A stretch of 64,000 bases of DNA from Microthyrium microscopicum (lineage: Eukaryota), in assembly GCA_010405405.1 (NCBI GenBank), contig MU004234.1, forward strand, positions 1,081,275-1,145,274. Reading direction: 5' to 3'. The position numbers were made by a program, and so were the translations under genes. The notes under the pieces are model-generated. The model made no database searches and was not told the origin of the DNA. It saw only the letters and a list, made by a program, of their open reading frames with translations. Of this stretch, positions 12,188-25,597 are shown in pieces; position 1 is the first letter of the stretch; the number at the start of each line of letters is the position of its first letter.

Positions 12188-14202
12188 AGGGATAACACAA
12201 AATATATATTGTGATATTTGTGGCCGCTCTGCAGCTCAATCAGGCTCGCTATACAGGTAGCGTAACAACGTGCCCAAGCAAGTCGAAAGTAGGAAGCTGC
12301 ATCAGTAATATGTACTAGGTATGTTCTGATTTCTTGAAGACCTCAGATTCGTTCACATCTAATCATGGCCCTGATGAACTGATATCAAAGTTGTTAGCAC
12401 TGCCAAGATTAAGGATTTGAGGGGTTTTACAAAAATTGAGGCTTAGCCGTTGGAGAGCTGAAGCTGCTGTACTTTGTTTGTATTTCGATATTGGCATGAG
12501 CCGCACTACAATGACAAGTAGTATATTCATTGGTCTGATAGCTCACCGAGAAAACTTTGGGCAGCCATTCTTTTCAGCCCAACTTAAGTTGGAGACCATG
12601 CTCCCGAATCCTGATGACCTCTTCCATACAACATTACTGTGCCTGCCACCTCACACTTTTGACGAGGTACATCCACTATTGTCCTCACTCACTTTACAAG
12701 CTAGGTACAAACACCTCGTAAGGTACAGTGTTTTCCTCAGGCAGCTGTGGCTTACTCTGTTTTCGCTGCAAGCCTCGTGTGGGATATTTCAAGCCTTCAA
12801 CCAAGGATCATGGTTATATTGGTATCGTAAACGACGATTTCAGGACCAGTCATCGACATCGCTCGGGACCACATCAAACCAGCGATTGTGACACAGGTTG
12901 TCAATAAGCGCAACTTGCTCGACAATAGATGTTGGGCCCAAACTAAGTCCAACTTGCTGTATGCCGGGAGATCCATACATGTGATAGGTTAGAAGTGCGG
13001 GCGCGCTGATGGTTGCAAAGCGAGTCTCGCCAGGAAAAGGTTTGTGTGCCATACTCAAACCGATGGGCAATGCGATGAAGAGCATGATGACCGCCTCTAT
13101 AGAAGGAGACATGAGCGGGAACTGAGCATCACACCTATTATCAACAACTCATATTGGTAATTCAGGTACCGCGATAGTTTATTGAATGCTGCAGTTGCTA
13201 TAGCTATGGCGCAGCACGCAAAGAAATGATCATGGCCCATACGACGAGGTGATGGAGTCCTCGTTTTGATGAAGGCACCCCAACACCCTCCTGCGATTCG
13301 TTGTTGGAGCTTACGGAGGCCTATTTTCGTGCAAATATCGAAGTAGATGGGAAAGTATGATCACTTCATAGGTCGTATACCGAAAGACAGGATTGAATTA
13401 ACGCATTCAAAAGACATCGTCACGTGTGAAAAAGTTGAACCCTCAAAGTTGATTTAGATCTACGGGTACAAGGCTGCTACAAGGCTGTCACTAGTCTGAG
13501 GTCTTTCATACTTGAATAACAGTAAATGGCAGTGTACCGCGCTGAAGTCAATCACACACATCAACCTGGCTGATGAGGAAGCTTGTCTTCCTCCCAAATG
13601 AGATGTATGACAAAGTGAATCTTTTAGATGTCATTGAGCCCAGCAAAAGAAGACATGAAACATTATTGACTTATTCCAGACTTTGCCATTCTCAATTATG
13701 AGAAACTTGTTCTCAATTGACCATGGACACGCTGTACCTTTAAGTTCTAGCATATGTGCGGCTCTTCCAAATATCACATCGCCTAAGAGCAGGATTCGCA
13801 CGCCTTGGAAATAGAGGCTAGGAGTCCTGATTATGCTCGCCCGGAGAACCCGACTTCTTCATTGTGCATATCAATTTGTCAAGGCAAGGCTGACAGCGGT
13901 CTAATAATTCGCCGTAGCTATTCTGCCTCAGTATTGGCAGAACGACGCGGATTGATGCAGATTTATATCCTTCAGTGCAGCCTTGATAGGCTGAATCTCC
14001 TTCTATTTTGTTGGGGGTCATAAAACTCAACGACGCCTGAACAGTTCATGGCATGGTGCAGCATAAGGCTGCGCTACGCTGTAATAGGTTAGCGTGCTAA
14101 TCACCCTAGCCCATGTTAGTCAGCCAATTTTTTCGAGATGCTCATGCAACAAGAAACAAGACCTGTTCTGTTCATCGCCTCAATTACCTTGACGCTGTCG
14201 GT

Positions 14203-15834
14203 ATGCCTCACTATGGCCATCAATCGATTCGAAACGCTCTATATCGGGTTTTTGTAGTCCCCAACATCTCTCGTCCTACTCGTCGCCTTCTACTACAACA
14301 GCGCCGACATATATCATGGGGTTCCGCCGAAGAAGTCGCCGCGACTTTACAGAATCGTCAGAAAGCCCTCAAGTCCAAACTCAAACCTCCGCCGGTTCAT
14401 CCAGACATAATTACGGATCACGCATGTCGAATGTTCAACCAAGTATCTCTTATTGACAACGATGGTCTTCACACTGGAGTCTCAACCCGCAATCTGGTAC
14501 AACGGCTGCGGCATGACAACGCCAATTGCAAAGAAATGGAGAAGAAGTTCTTGGTCATGACTCGGCCGCCAGTATATTTTGAAGGACGCGAGCCTGCCAT
14601 CGATGTTTTGCGAGCTTATCAGGCGCCAGCAAAACTGATTCAACAAGTAGAACAGTTGCTCAAGAACTCTGGCAGGGAACCAACACCTTCAGGTCCTCGG
14701 CCCCCACCGCCGCCGCAGCCTGTGGAAGAACCACTGTTACGCTTGATGACGCTGAAGGAGCTCCGGGAACAACGTGATTCCAAGGAGCGCTTGGACAAGG
14801 CTGCAGTGAGGCGAGAAAAGATGGAAAAAGAGATCGAACTAACCTGGACTGTGGATTCCAACGATCTGAATACTTCTTTCAAACGCTTGAAAACCTGGTT
14901 AGAAAGTGGAATCAAAGTAAGCGTTTTCATAAAACGCAAGAGGAAGCGATTGGAACCTGACCCCGATACATGCGTTGCTTTAGTCGAAAAGCTTCGCGAA
15001 GCTGCATTCAGCTTGCCCGATGTTGTCGAGTCTGAGGTGAAGACTCGATACCGTAATCCAGAAGAAAAAGAGGAGGCAGCTCAACGCAGAAAGGATCCAA
15101 TGCTTGGTCTAGGACATGAGATGGAATTTGTCTACAAACCCAAGGACGCAAGCGCACTATCGACGGGAAAACGCGTTGATCAGCAAGTTCCCATTCCTTG
15201 GGTTATTGGTGATCGGCAGCTCGCGCAGCTTACTAAAGTCATTTCTGGAGCACTCAAGAAGGGTAAATCCATCCAAGTGGAGCTACGCGACGATGAGAGT
15301 CTTGCAAAGGTGAAAGGAGCTTTATCGAGAGAAGAGGTCCTAAGCCAAGTCAAATCAGCATGTCGTACATCTAAGGACGCCTTTATTTCCAATATCGATG
15401 GTTCAGTTGAAGGTCCAATGACTATCGAAGTACAAAGTTATTCACCGAAAGCCAAAGAGCGAGAGATTGAGATATCGCACACTGCTTCCGCCAAAGATGT
15501 TGAGCTACGACTGAAATGGATCAAAGATTGGCTGCAATCGGACATGAAAGTTACAGTTTGGGCAAATGCTGGCAAATCAAAAATCCTGGAGCAGTTGAAA
15601 GTTCTTGGAGAGGTTGAAGAGCTCACACACGAGACGGATGGTGTTCAGTACGTCGTCACCAAATCACTTTCCGCGCCAATTATTATACAGGAGGCTCCGA
15701 CCAGATCAGACATCGAATGGAAGCCGCGATTTAATTCGGCGCCCCCTCAAAAGCGCAACACTGCATCGTCACGAGGACATTCCCCCATGAAGCCTGTGGA
15801 CATTCTGAAAAGCCTCGACTCGCTACTAAAGTAG
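14203..15834 (+). CDS. Mitochondrial translation initiation factor IF3-like protein with apparent triplicated IF3 C-terminal domain
   Basis: Arg-rich presequence-like N-terminus; IF3N-like segment (QVSLIDNDG..FLVM..PLLRLM); IF3C-like KEIELTWTVDSNDL..KRLKTWLESGIKVSVFI, followed by two further similar units. Confidence 0.72.
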   Translation: MPHYGHQSIRNALYRVFVVPNISRPTRRLLLQQRRHISWGSAEEVAATLQNRQKALKSKLKPPPVHPDIITDHACRMFNQVSLIDNDGLHTGVSTRNLVQRLRHDNANCKEMEKKFLVMTRPPVYFEGREPAIDVLRAYQAPAKLIQQVEQLLKNSGREPTPSGPRPPPPPQPVEEPLLRLMTLKELREQRDSKERLDKAAVRREKMEKEIELTWTVDSNDLNTSFKRLKTWLESGIKVSVFIKRKRKRLEPDPDTCVALVEKLREAAFSLPDVVESEVKTRYRNPEEKEEAAQRRKDPMLGLGHEMEFVYKPKDASALSTGKRVDQQVPIPWVIGDRQLAQLTKVISGALKKGKSIQVELRDDESLAKVKGALSREEVLSQVKSACRTSKDAFISNIDGSVEGPMTIEVQSYSPKAKEREIEISHTASAKDVELRLKWIKDWLQSDMKVTVWANAGKSKILEQLKVLGEVEELTHETDGVQYVVTKSLSAPIIIQEAPTRSDIEWKPRFNSAPPQKRNTASSRGHSPMKPVDILKSLDSLLK

Positions 15835-16416
15835 CTTGGTCAATTAATAAACCCCAAACCCTTAGCACTCTTGTATTATTGAATGTACATTATCAAAAGC
15901 CGGCCACATGTGGTTATATTGCCAGTATGTGCACAAGCAAGTAAGAGAAATTGTCGCGTGCTACTATGTTTGTAATTGTATCTATGTATATAATGGCAAT
16001 ATCTAACGAAGCACATATTGTGTGAAGTCACAATTACAGGAAAAATCAAATTCATAGAGGAAGCGGGCATTTTCATTGCTTTCTTTCATGGATTGTCTTT
16101 GATCGTGAACCATACCATCGCATGTACCACCAAAATGAGAATCTCTTTACTGCCGAAGTCATGAAACCAAGACTACGTGAATATTTTATGCTATAAGCAA
16201 GACGCGCAAAATAAATAGAAGACGATGCATGAAAGTAGTTTACTTTACGCACCTTTTTCGTTATCTGCAATCAGGCTGAACAAGGCTGAGGCTCAAGCCC
16301 GCCCTTTGTGATTGGCCGCCCCCAACGTCATCTTTCCTTGCTCGAGCTTCGACTTCGTGATCTCGCAACCTCCATTCTCAAAACCGGCGCTGCGTCTTAT
16401 CCCCTGCCGGCGCATC

Positions 16417-17982
16417 ATGACGGACAAAGATAACCCTTCAGTAATCGCAAATCGGGGCGAGGCCATTCCTGTTCACACGTTCCCGGGATCTCCACCACAG
16501 ACGTACCGCAGTCATGTACGAAGTAGCAGTCAACCACCGCGCGCGGCGACGCCGGAAGGCAGCTCGGCAAGAGATAAATTGAGGAGTCTGCAGGCTCATG
16601 CATCGGGGAAGATACGGCAGAAGCTGGCGAGGAATGAGGAGGCTAATGCTGAAAGTCCACGACGGGTTCAGGATCGGATGATGAATATGTAAGTGACGAA
16701 AATTGTGAAGGCTGATCGTGCGTAATGAATTATAATATGTATATCATGCGCTACGGATCTTTTTGTATCTGCAAGCACTAGAAGATACTATATGACTGAT
16801 ATGCTATACAGGCTCTTGCAACAGATCATTCCATCTGATCAAGAGACCGACCATGAAGCTGGAAAGCAATCTCGAAAAACAGTTCAGCGACCAAACTTTT
16901 CAATTCCAACCATGTCAACGAATTTTCGAAGATTCAATGCCAGATGCGGTATAATATTCGTCTTCCAGATCAAACTGGAGGAACTATTCTCATGGCAAAG
17001 GCCGACACAGACTTTGTCATTTCTCGCCATATACACATTCATATGTATCGATCCACATATGCTGGCCATTGTTCCCATCGCCATGCTCCTCTATTTTGTC
17101 ATGTTTCCATCCTTCGTAGCTCGCCATCCGCCTCCGCCTTCATTCCCTCCAACAAACCTCTATCCTCTGACTGGCCCACCACTTGCCCCAGCATCAACCG
17201 TCAAACCCGCTCCCGAACTATCTAAAGATTTCTTCCGCAACATGCGCGACCTCCAAAACAGCATGGAAGACATGTCGCGTCTGCACGATTTTATCGTGAC
17301 CACTATCGGACCATACACCAACTTCTCCGACGAAAAAGTCTCCACCGCCCTATTCATCACCCTCTTTACCACCTGCCTGATCCTCTTCCTTATCGCGCCC
17401 ATCATTCCCTGGCGCCTCCTCTTTCTACTAGGTGGCTGGGCGTCCATCATCTCCGCACACCCGACAGTCGCAGCACTCATCGCTGCGTCACCCGCCAACG
17501 CGGACGCACGCGAACAACAATCACACTCACTCATCGTGCAGGCCTTAGATTGGGCCAACGAGTCCATCACCCTGGATCCCGCGCCAGAAAAGCGAGAAGT
17601 CGAGATCTTCGAGCTGCAATTCCGGCCACTCTACTACTCACCCAGTGATGAATGGGAGCCCGTAACCTTTGCGCCTGTGCCGTACACACCACTTTCACCC
17701 GCACGCATAGCTGGCGAGCGGCCAAAGGGATGTCGGGACTTTGAGGATGTGCTTGCTCCATCCGGCTGGGCGTATGCGGACAAGAAGTGGAGTCTGGATT
17801 TGGGCGCGCGGGAGTGGGTGGAGGAGCGACTGATCACGGGCGTGGAAGTTGAGGTTGAAGGGGGGCGGTGGGTGGTGGATGTGGTGGAGGATGAGGGAAA
17901 GATGAAGCATGGGGAGTGGCGACGGAGAAGATGGGTGAGGGTGGTTGAGAGGCTTGGGGAGGAGGAGGAGGAATGGCGGTAG
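16417..17982 (+). CDS. Pex24p/Pex28-29 family peroxisomal membrane protein with dysferlin-like C-terminus; intron 16689-16811
   Basis: Motifs NFRRFNARCG, ELSKDFFRNMRDLQNSM, FSDEKVST, REVEIFELQ, GEWRRRRWVR. Canonical intron joins MN-MLLQQIIP. Confidence 0.88.
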
Positions 17983-19527
17983 ATTGGGGATTTGGGCTGT
18001 GATGATTGTATGATTATTTGGGATGAGTTTCTTTTTTCATGAGTACTCAAATAAGCACCAGGACTTGCAATATCAAGATCAAGCTGCTATATTGATATTC
18101 GACCAAAACATCGTGGTCAATATGGCGCCTGTCACTAAGCAGAACCCGTCCTTTCCTAGACATATTCGCAGTCGAATTTTCAGGAATATTGTGGTGACAC
18201 TGCAAAACGATTAAACGTCCATGTTAGTTATTACCTAGTAGTTGCTATCAGTTTAAATCAATAGATCGAGGTTGGTTGCAGTGGAGCCTGGAGTACGTGA
18301 AGCACCACTAAATAAACCAGCTCGGGTATGGTTGACACGTTTGACTGGTTAATTGACACGCTTTTCTGGAAGATGCAGCGTTGCTAAATACTTGAGCCCC
18401 TGGCGTACACGCATTGCATCTGCAGGTACTGGGAGGTATACGTGGCTTGGCCTTTCTACGCGTCAGATGAAAGAAGAGACAGAGGAACTTGATTTGTTCC
18501 CTAAGGCTTATGCTGCTCTAGATAGTAAGGTAGCAGGCATAAAAAAGAACAGAGGGGGTTGAAAGGTTCATGGTGGGTAAATTTGGACCTGAAGATCCAT
18601 GTATGATGTGCCGCTGTAAGGGGCAACACGCATTGATGAGAAAGACAGAGTACTGAGAGCAACAACAGGATAATGGTCGAGGTTTAAACCAATAGGTTCC
18701 TGGTCAGCAAATAATCATGTACTTGTACAAAGTAGCTTTTGTAGGGGGAGAGATGGTTAGTGTTTTGATTGCAATAAACAAATCGTTACAGGCACCTAAC
18801 CAATCACTCGTCATTCAGGTCTGCACACCACAGGGATTCCGAGAAATGCTGTACGGTAATTCCAGGGTTATGCAATGACTGTTCTTCCGCTGTCAGTTGT
18901 AATTGGATTATCTGCTGTAATATACAAGACTATTCCCAATGGACTTAGGGGCACTTGGTTGGGTTGCTCCTGCCAGACTGTTCGGCCTGCACCTGCTGCA
19001 CCTGGTCGTTGCGTCTTGCTTTGCACTTGCACTTGCCTGTCTTGAGACTTCTTTGCCCAGAGCAACACCAACGTTCCTTCCCAAAGTTCCTCCTTCAACC
19101 AATTGCTCTTGCCATTCTCTCTCCCTCAACCACGCCATCCCCACATCTTATACCACGCAATCACTCCTGATCAACCCTTCTACACCTCCGAGTCCATCTA
19201 CAAAACAATACCGCGCTTCGCCGCCGTCCTCCTTCCGTCTCGTCCCACAACGCTCTCCTGCTTCAGTGCTTCCCCCGTACTACCACCTGCTAAACATGGC
19301 CGCTCACCGCTCATGACCACGATCTGCATACCTCTCCATGAAGCTGTTTTCTGAATAGTCTTCGTCACGGTCGACAGCTTCTTTGCTCGTCGTACTCGTC
19401 CAAACATTGCTGGTTATTACTCACCGGCGCACGTTCCTTTGCCAATATCAGGTGTCAAGACGCGCCTGTACTGAGGCAAACTGCGTCACCCTGAGCATTG
19501 CCAATGCTACAGACTCGACAGTCCCCC

Positions 19528-22500
19528 ATGGACGCGACCCTCTTAAAATCTAGGGGTGAATTTGTCGAGGATTCTGCAGGTTCTGGAGGTATCTTTTCAA
19601 CCTTCCACGTTCCCCCAATGCTTTGTTTCACCCCTTCATCCATGATACTAACTTTAACGTCTAGCCGAAAGCCGTCCACGAAAAAGAATCCAACGGACGG
19701 CCAGCGAAAACGAAGATCCTGCCAAAGGGCCGGGTATGGCGCTACCATTTGGTCGCGGGAATGCCTCCCAAAATGATAATAAATCCGGACACGCGCGAAG
19801 ACGATCAACATTACGGGAAACAAGTAAGCCGGCCTTACTCGGGCCCAGACCGTTGGAATCTGGAAAACGGTATGCATCATATTTGTTGTTGGCAACTTAT
19901 GGAGAATTGGTCACTGACTGCATTCAGGATAACTAGTGATAGCCATTTCCAACATCATCGTTCGGCAAACCCATTTATTCGCCAGCCACCACCCTCATCG
20001 TCTCCTGTAACCACTCCCCAAAGCTATATTCCGAATAATAATGGAACTTTAAGACCGGCGGGTGCTCTCAATGCGGCACGAGAAAAAGCTGGTCAGGAGG
20101 TACAGGGGTCAAACGAGTTTTTGCCGTCAGTAAACTTTGACGATTTTCATTCGAGCCTATCCGGAATAAATGACTTGTCAATGCCCGCATCTGCCAATGC
20201 TAGCAATACCTCCGTCAACTCTACTAGTGGTCGTCCAGCTCCCGCTCGACAATCTATGCAGCCTCCACAGCCTCAGCAGCCTCCAGCCAAGGTGTCCAGA
20301 AGCGAATCTTTAGTAAGACGCTTCAGCAATGCTCGCCGGCCAGTTGCTCAAGCTCAAACCCATATACGAACAGATTCGTCCACAATGCCCCCGCCAGCTC
20401 AACCAGGGGCTCGTGGGAGAAGACAAAGTACTTTGACTGCGTCATTAGCTCAGAGCACAGCAGGAAGTCAAGCGCCACGACCTCCACGAAAATCCGTTGG
20501 TCCAGGCTTCATACCACAAGCAGGCGCTGGCATCAGATCAAACTCGAGGGATTCGCGCATTCCACCCTCACAGTCCCAGCCATCACTAATTCGCTCAAAC
20601 TCAATCAATCGTCCTGTTGGTCATCCCGCTTCTCTTATACCGAATGGCATTGCTGGTTCTTCAGCTGCCGCAGCAGCAAAGACGGCTAGAACTAAATCAC
20701 TACAACCACTACCGAGAGGGCAGTCTCACGGTAATCTCTTATTCGGGACAAATCCAAATTCTGGCGACATGAATGGTGCCAACCAGGCATCTCCTCGACC
20801 CAGGCCACGACCGAATTCACCCTCGTCTGGAGGCAGCAATGCTAACAGGAGGCTTTCAACTGTATACGTTGGAGGCCTTGGAGCGCGAACCGTCAGCCCC
20901 ACGGATGCGCGACGATTACGGCGTCTCTCTACAGCAGCACCCAAGGGCCCTAGCATCCCACAGCTTCCCTCGGCTTCACAACCTGATCTTGCATTACCAA
21001 CACGCAATATCACACATTCTCCAGCTGCTCTGGATCCAAAGAGTGTTACTCCATCATCATCCCAGCGCAACACCCCCGATTTTACAAGAAAAGCTGTCAA
21101 TTCTGTCCAGTCCGTCTCCTCGAGCTCAAGCTTCAACTCTTTAAGGCTGAGCATGAACAACGCTCAAAGAAATAGCCAGATCCTATCCTCGTCTCGACTC
21201 CCGACTCCTAAACCTCGTAATACTCATAGCTCAACTGGGTTTGTTGAGGAAGAAGAAGTGCCTCCGGTTCCCGCGATACCAAAAGCTTACGAGTCACCCA
21301 AAGATCAACTAACTAACGATCCCTCGTACTTCGCGCGCATAGCAGTCGCGTCTGAACTGGATGACCCTGGTGGCACTCCTACAGCTACTCGTACCCAGCC
21401 TCAGCAGCCTACTGGCGCTCCTCCTCCACCACCCACGGACGAATCCAACAGAGATTCGCGGCAGTTTGGAAATCAAAGGCAACGACGTGGAATGACTGTT
21501 GGAAGTAGCCAGGAATCAGAAAAACCTACTCAGACGGGACCGAACTTGAACAAGAAGAATTTGCAACCGTTACGGCTTCCGCCTCTTAACCTCTTGCCAC
21601 TGAGCACACCAACTGCAGCCCGGATTGCTTCTTTACCAACACCGTCAAGCGAATCAGATCAGCAGGCACAGACTCCACCACCTAAGCGAAACGCTGCGAA
21701 AACCCCAAGCACTCCAATGACGGCCTCAAAGGCGACCTTTTTCGCGAGACACGAAGATGATGACTATCCAGAATTCAATGCGTTCCGTAGTAGTAGTTCG
21801 CATCACCCAATTCGACCAGATGGCATGGATAGAGAACACCCACAGTTTGGGCTTTCCGCTCCTATTCCTGTTCCTGGGGGCTCGAGAACTGCAGCATCTC
21901 CATTCTCATCAAATTCCCTTCCAAAACTTCACGATTTTGGTCCATTCTCAACTACACCCGTAGCTGCAACTCCTGTTGAGGGTAACTTTCCTGGAGCTTT
22001 CCAATCCCAGCCATATCTGCCAGCTGCAGATCATAACCAGTATAATGGACCCCAGCCTAGCCCTAAGATTGTCACGCAGCTTGCCACTGCGCCTAATGCC
22101 TCTACCAGAACTTCCAGCTCTGACGAGCCAAGCACACCTGCATCAACAACATCTTTACGTCGGAAACTAAGTCTCACATGGAAGAGGAGTTCATCCAAGG
22201 CATCACAGCGCGCTCAGGCAGAAAAAGATCGAGAAGAGGCAAAAGCTAAACAGTCTGAGATGCCTCCTCCGAAGATACCTGCTTCTGCTACGTGGACGCG
22301 CACATCGAGTGATAATGGATCGGCGCGCGCTTCATTCGATACCAAACCACGAAAGATTAGCACTACCATGTCGCAAAGTCAACACTCGTCTCAGCACGCT
22401 CCTCAGCCGTCAGACTCAAGCAGTCACAAGGCAGAACCCGCTCATGCACCTCCGCCTTATGCTGGACATCAACGACAGACACCAAGATCTTCTTCCTCGT

Positions 22501-24331
22501 CGATTCTCACTCCGGTTCAAAGAATTCTAGGAGCCAAAGGCTCAGTCAATATGCTTCGGAGTCGCAATCTAGACACAAACTTGGACAAGGACGATTTGGC
22601 TGCGGACAAGATAATGGAAAAGCTGGCCTCCAAGCGCAAGGATTTCGAGCATGCTGCCAAGGAAGTTGATGAACTACGTCGTCGAGCCCATCCCAAGGAT
22701 CGAGTCTCACCATCCCAGGCTATTCAAATGGTCAATCTGAACATTTTTGAACGAGGAGAAATTATTGACTACAAGGAGGTTTATTTCTGTGGAACGAGAA
22801 ACGCGAAAAAGATTATTGGCAACGCTGACCAAGCATCTACTAATTTTGGTTATGATGACGAACGAGGAGATTACAATATCAAGTTTGGCGATCATCTGTC
22901 ATATCGTTATGAAGTTGTGGACCTTCTCGGCAAAGGTAGTTTTGGCCAAGTCGTTCGTTGTATCGACCATAAGACTGGAGGTTTGGTGGCCATAAAGATT
23001 ATTAGGAACAAGAAGAGATTCCATCAGCAGGCTCTTGTGGAGGTTAACATTTTGCAGAAGCTGAGGGAATGGGTAAGTGTTTTCCCCTTGATAACCAAAC
23101 AATCGCTAATAAGAATCAGGATCCGGAGAATAAGCATAGCATGATCAACTTCACCCAATCCTTCTATTTCCGAGGCCATCTCTGCATCTCCACTGAACTA
23201 CTTGGAATCAACTTGTACGAGTTCATCAAAGCATACGAGTTCAAAGGATTCCCAATTGTGCTTATTCGGCGCTTCACCAAGCAAATTCTGAGCTCCCTAG
23301 TTCTCTTGAAGAGTAAGCGAGTTATTCACTGCGATCTCAAACCAGAGAACATTTTATTGGCACATCCACTTCATTCCGAAATCAAGGTCATTGATTTTGG
23401 GTCTTCATGTTTCGAAAACGAGAAAGTCTACACTTATATTCAATCTCGATTTTACAGATCCCCGGAAGTTATTCTCGGAATGAGTTACGGTATTCCAATC
23501 GACATGTGGAGTTTGGGATGTATTCTTGCAGAATTGCTCAGTGGCTATCCGATCTTTCCGGGCGAGAATGAGCAAGAACAACTTGCGTGTATCATGGAAA
23601 TATTCGGACCACCAGAAAAACACTTGATTGAAAAGTCAAGTCGAAAGAAGCTTTTCTTCGACTCGATGGGCAAACCTCGCGTCACAGTCTCTTCCAAGGG
23701 ACGACGTCGTCGGCCTTCGTCCAAGACGCTTCAGAGCGCCATTAAATGCGATGATGAAGCCTTCCTAGACTTTCTCTCTGCCTGTCTTCGCTGGGATCCC
23801 GATAAGCGCCTAAAGCCCGAACAAGCCATGCAACACGAATTCATTACAGGAGTCAAACGCGCTCCACAATCTTCCCGCCCCATGGCCCGACCACCCATTC
23901 ATACTCAGTCGGCACAAAACTCTCCAGCCAAACGCTTCAACGCACCAAACCCCACGCCGCAACGCGCCCAAGGTTCACGCGATGTTTCTGGTGCACGCCC
24001 ACTACCCGAGCCTCCTGCTGCTGGCTTCCGTGTGCCATCGAACGTATCTGCTTCGCCGTCAAAAGCTGGTGCTGCTGCTGGACCAGGCCGTCGCCATTCA
24101 ACCATGAACTCCGCTTCAGTGCCAGGAACTACTCCAGGACCAGGCAACGCCGGCAAGCGTGTCTACACCACCGGCTCCGGCATCGCCAACGCCAGCGCTC
24201 CTAATGTCGGTCTAGCCGGTGCCATTGCCAGCGGTCGCCAACAACAAGGCCAGCGCGTGGTTAGCAATCGCGCGCATGGCGGAGAGTTGGCGAATGCGGC
24301 TGCTGCTGTTAGTCTACGAGGCACGCGCTAG
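19528..24331 (+). CDS. DYRK-family dual-specificity kinase (Pom1-like); introns 19556-19664, 19870-19927, 23073-23119
   Basis: DH box (GYDDERGDY), GKGSFGQV, AIKII, HCDLKPEN, DFGSSC, YTYIQSRFYRSPE; long S/P-rich N-terminus. All three introns are GT..AG and restore frame. An in-frame ATG at 19504 is an alternative start. Confidence 0.93.
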
Positions 24332-25140
24332 GAGCGACCGTCACCTTTGCGAAATAACACGCGGATATAGCTGTAACCAAAATATCACTGAGACGCTACA
24401 TGGAGTCATCAGAAAAGAGAAGGAAAAGAAAGGATAACATTTTCACGACTTGCATTCCATTGGACAAAGATAGCACTTTTTTCTTCTTTTCTTGCTGTTA
24501 GCTGTACATATCCTTCACCATCATCATCATTGTCATTGTCATGAAAGCGAGCCATTCTGCTGTTGTTTGGGTTTTCTGTGTGTTTTGAACATCATTGTCT
24601 AGAAGGAGAGGGCGGGCGTAGGGCCTGTTGTGTATGGAAGTGTTTGTGGCTTTAGCGTTAGACGGTGATACCCCGTTGTTGTGCTGAGATTAGACGTTGA
24701 GATAGGGGTGAATGGATGAGAGGTTTGATGACGAACTTTTGAAGATTTTGGTGTATGTTGTGATGTGAAATATGCTCATGTGTGATGTCTTGGATGTTGG
24801 CTGGCTATGAGAGGGTAAAGCATAACATGAGATCTGATACTTGTGGTGATACTCAGCTAAGATCTCGCTCACCATAATACTTCAACCAAAGAGTTTAGGC
24901 AACAAGAGGTACGCCCTCTTCAGCAAGCACTCTCTATACAACATCTGACCCCTAAACTTAAGCCAGCGGCGAAGAGGATCCAAATCATCTATGGACCGTA
25001 CAAAATAAAAAGGAATGATGTATGTAGCCGCTTCAGTCCTTCAGTGTTCCAATCTAAGGAGATCTAGGACATCACAGCTTTGGGCAACGCGAAATCGGAG
25101 AGCCTCATGGGACGACCTACAGTATGAAAGCCTGAACTCT

Positions 25141-25239
25141 CAACGGCATAGCAAAATAAATGGCGTACTCCCATTAACTCTGATGGCTACCACCAGCGCT
25201 GCTAATCAAAAGGTGCTTCAATTCTCATCGTATGTGATA
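25141..25239 (+). mobile_element. Truncated copy (left ~100 bp) of the MITE at 34438-34658
   Basis: Starts at the same terminal CAACGGCAT and aligns for ~100 bp with about 6 substitutions and one 8-bp indel; no right TIR seen nearby. Confidence 0.85.
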
Positions 25240-25597
25240 GCGATATCATTGTCAGTGGGATCGGATCATTAGATACGTCGAATCCCATTTTCCTAACCTT
25301 GTTTCAAGGTACTAGTAGTTGTAAAACACCTAAGTCGTAGTTGCGTATTACAAGATTTGATGTGCCACGATAAGCAAATCATCAGAGACGCACCTTCTGT
25401 TAGCTGCAGCACGAGGGACTCGTCCCCTGATCCTCCTCAACCTCCAGGCGGCAAATCAACTCAACATCTCTTCTCATACCTCGTTCCTATCTCAACAAAC
25501 CTTTCTTCGCAACACCTATTAATTCACAAACGACCGAAAACGGAGATACCAAATCTACAATACCTCCAAATTGCTTGAAACGATCCACGTTGACAGA

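Noticed and set aside
12436..13112. ORFs 12436-12891 (+) and 12840-13112 (-)
   Set aside because: No recognisable motifs and no convincing splice model; left unannotated.
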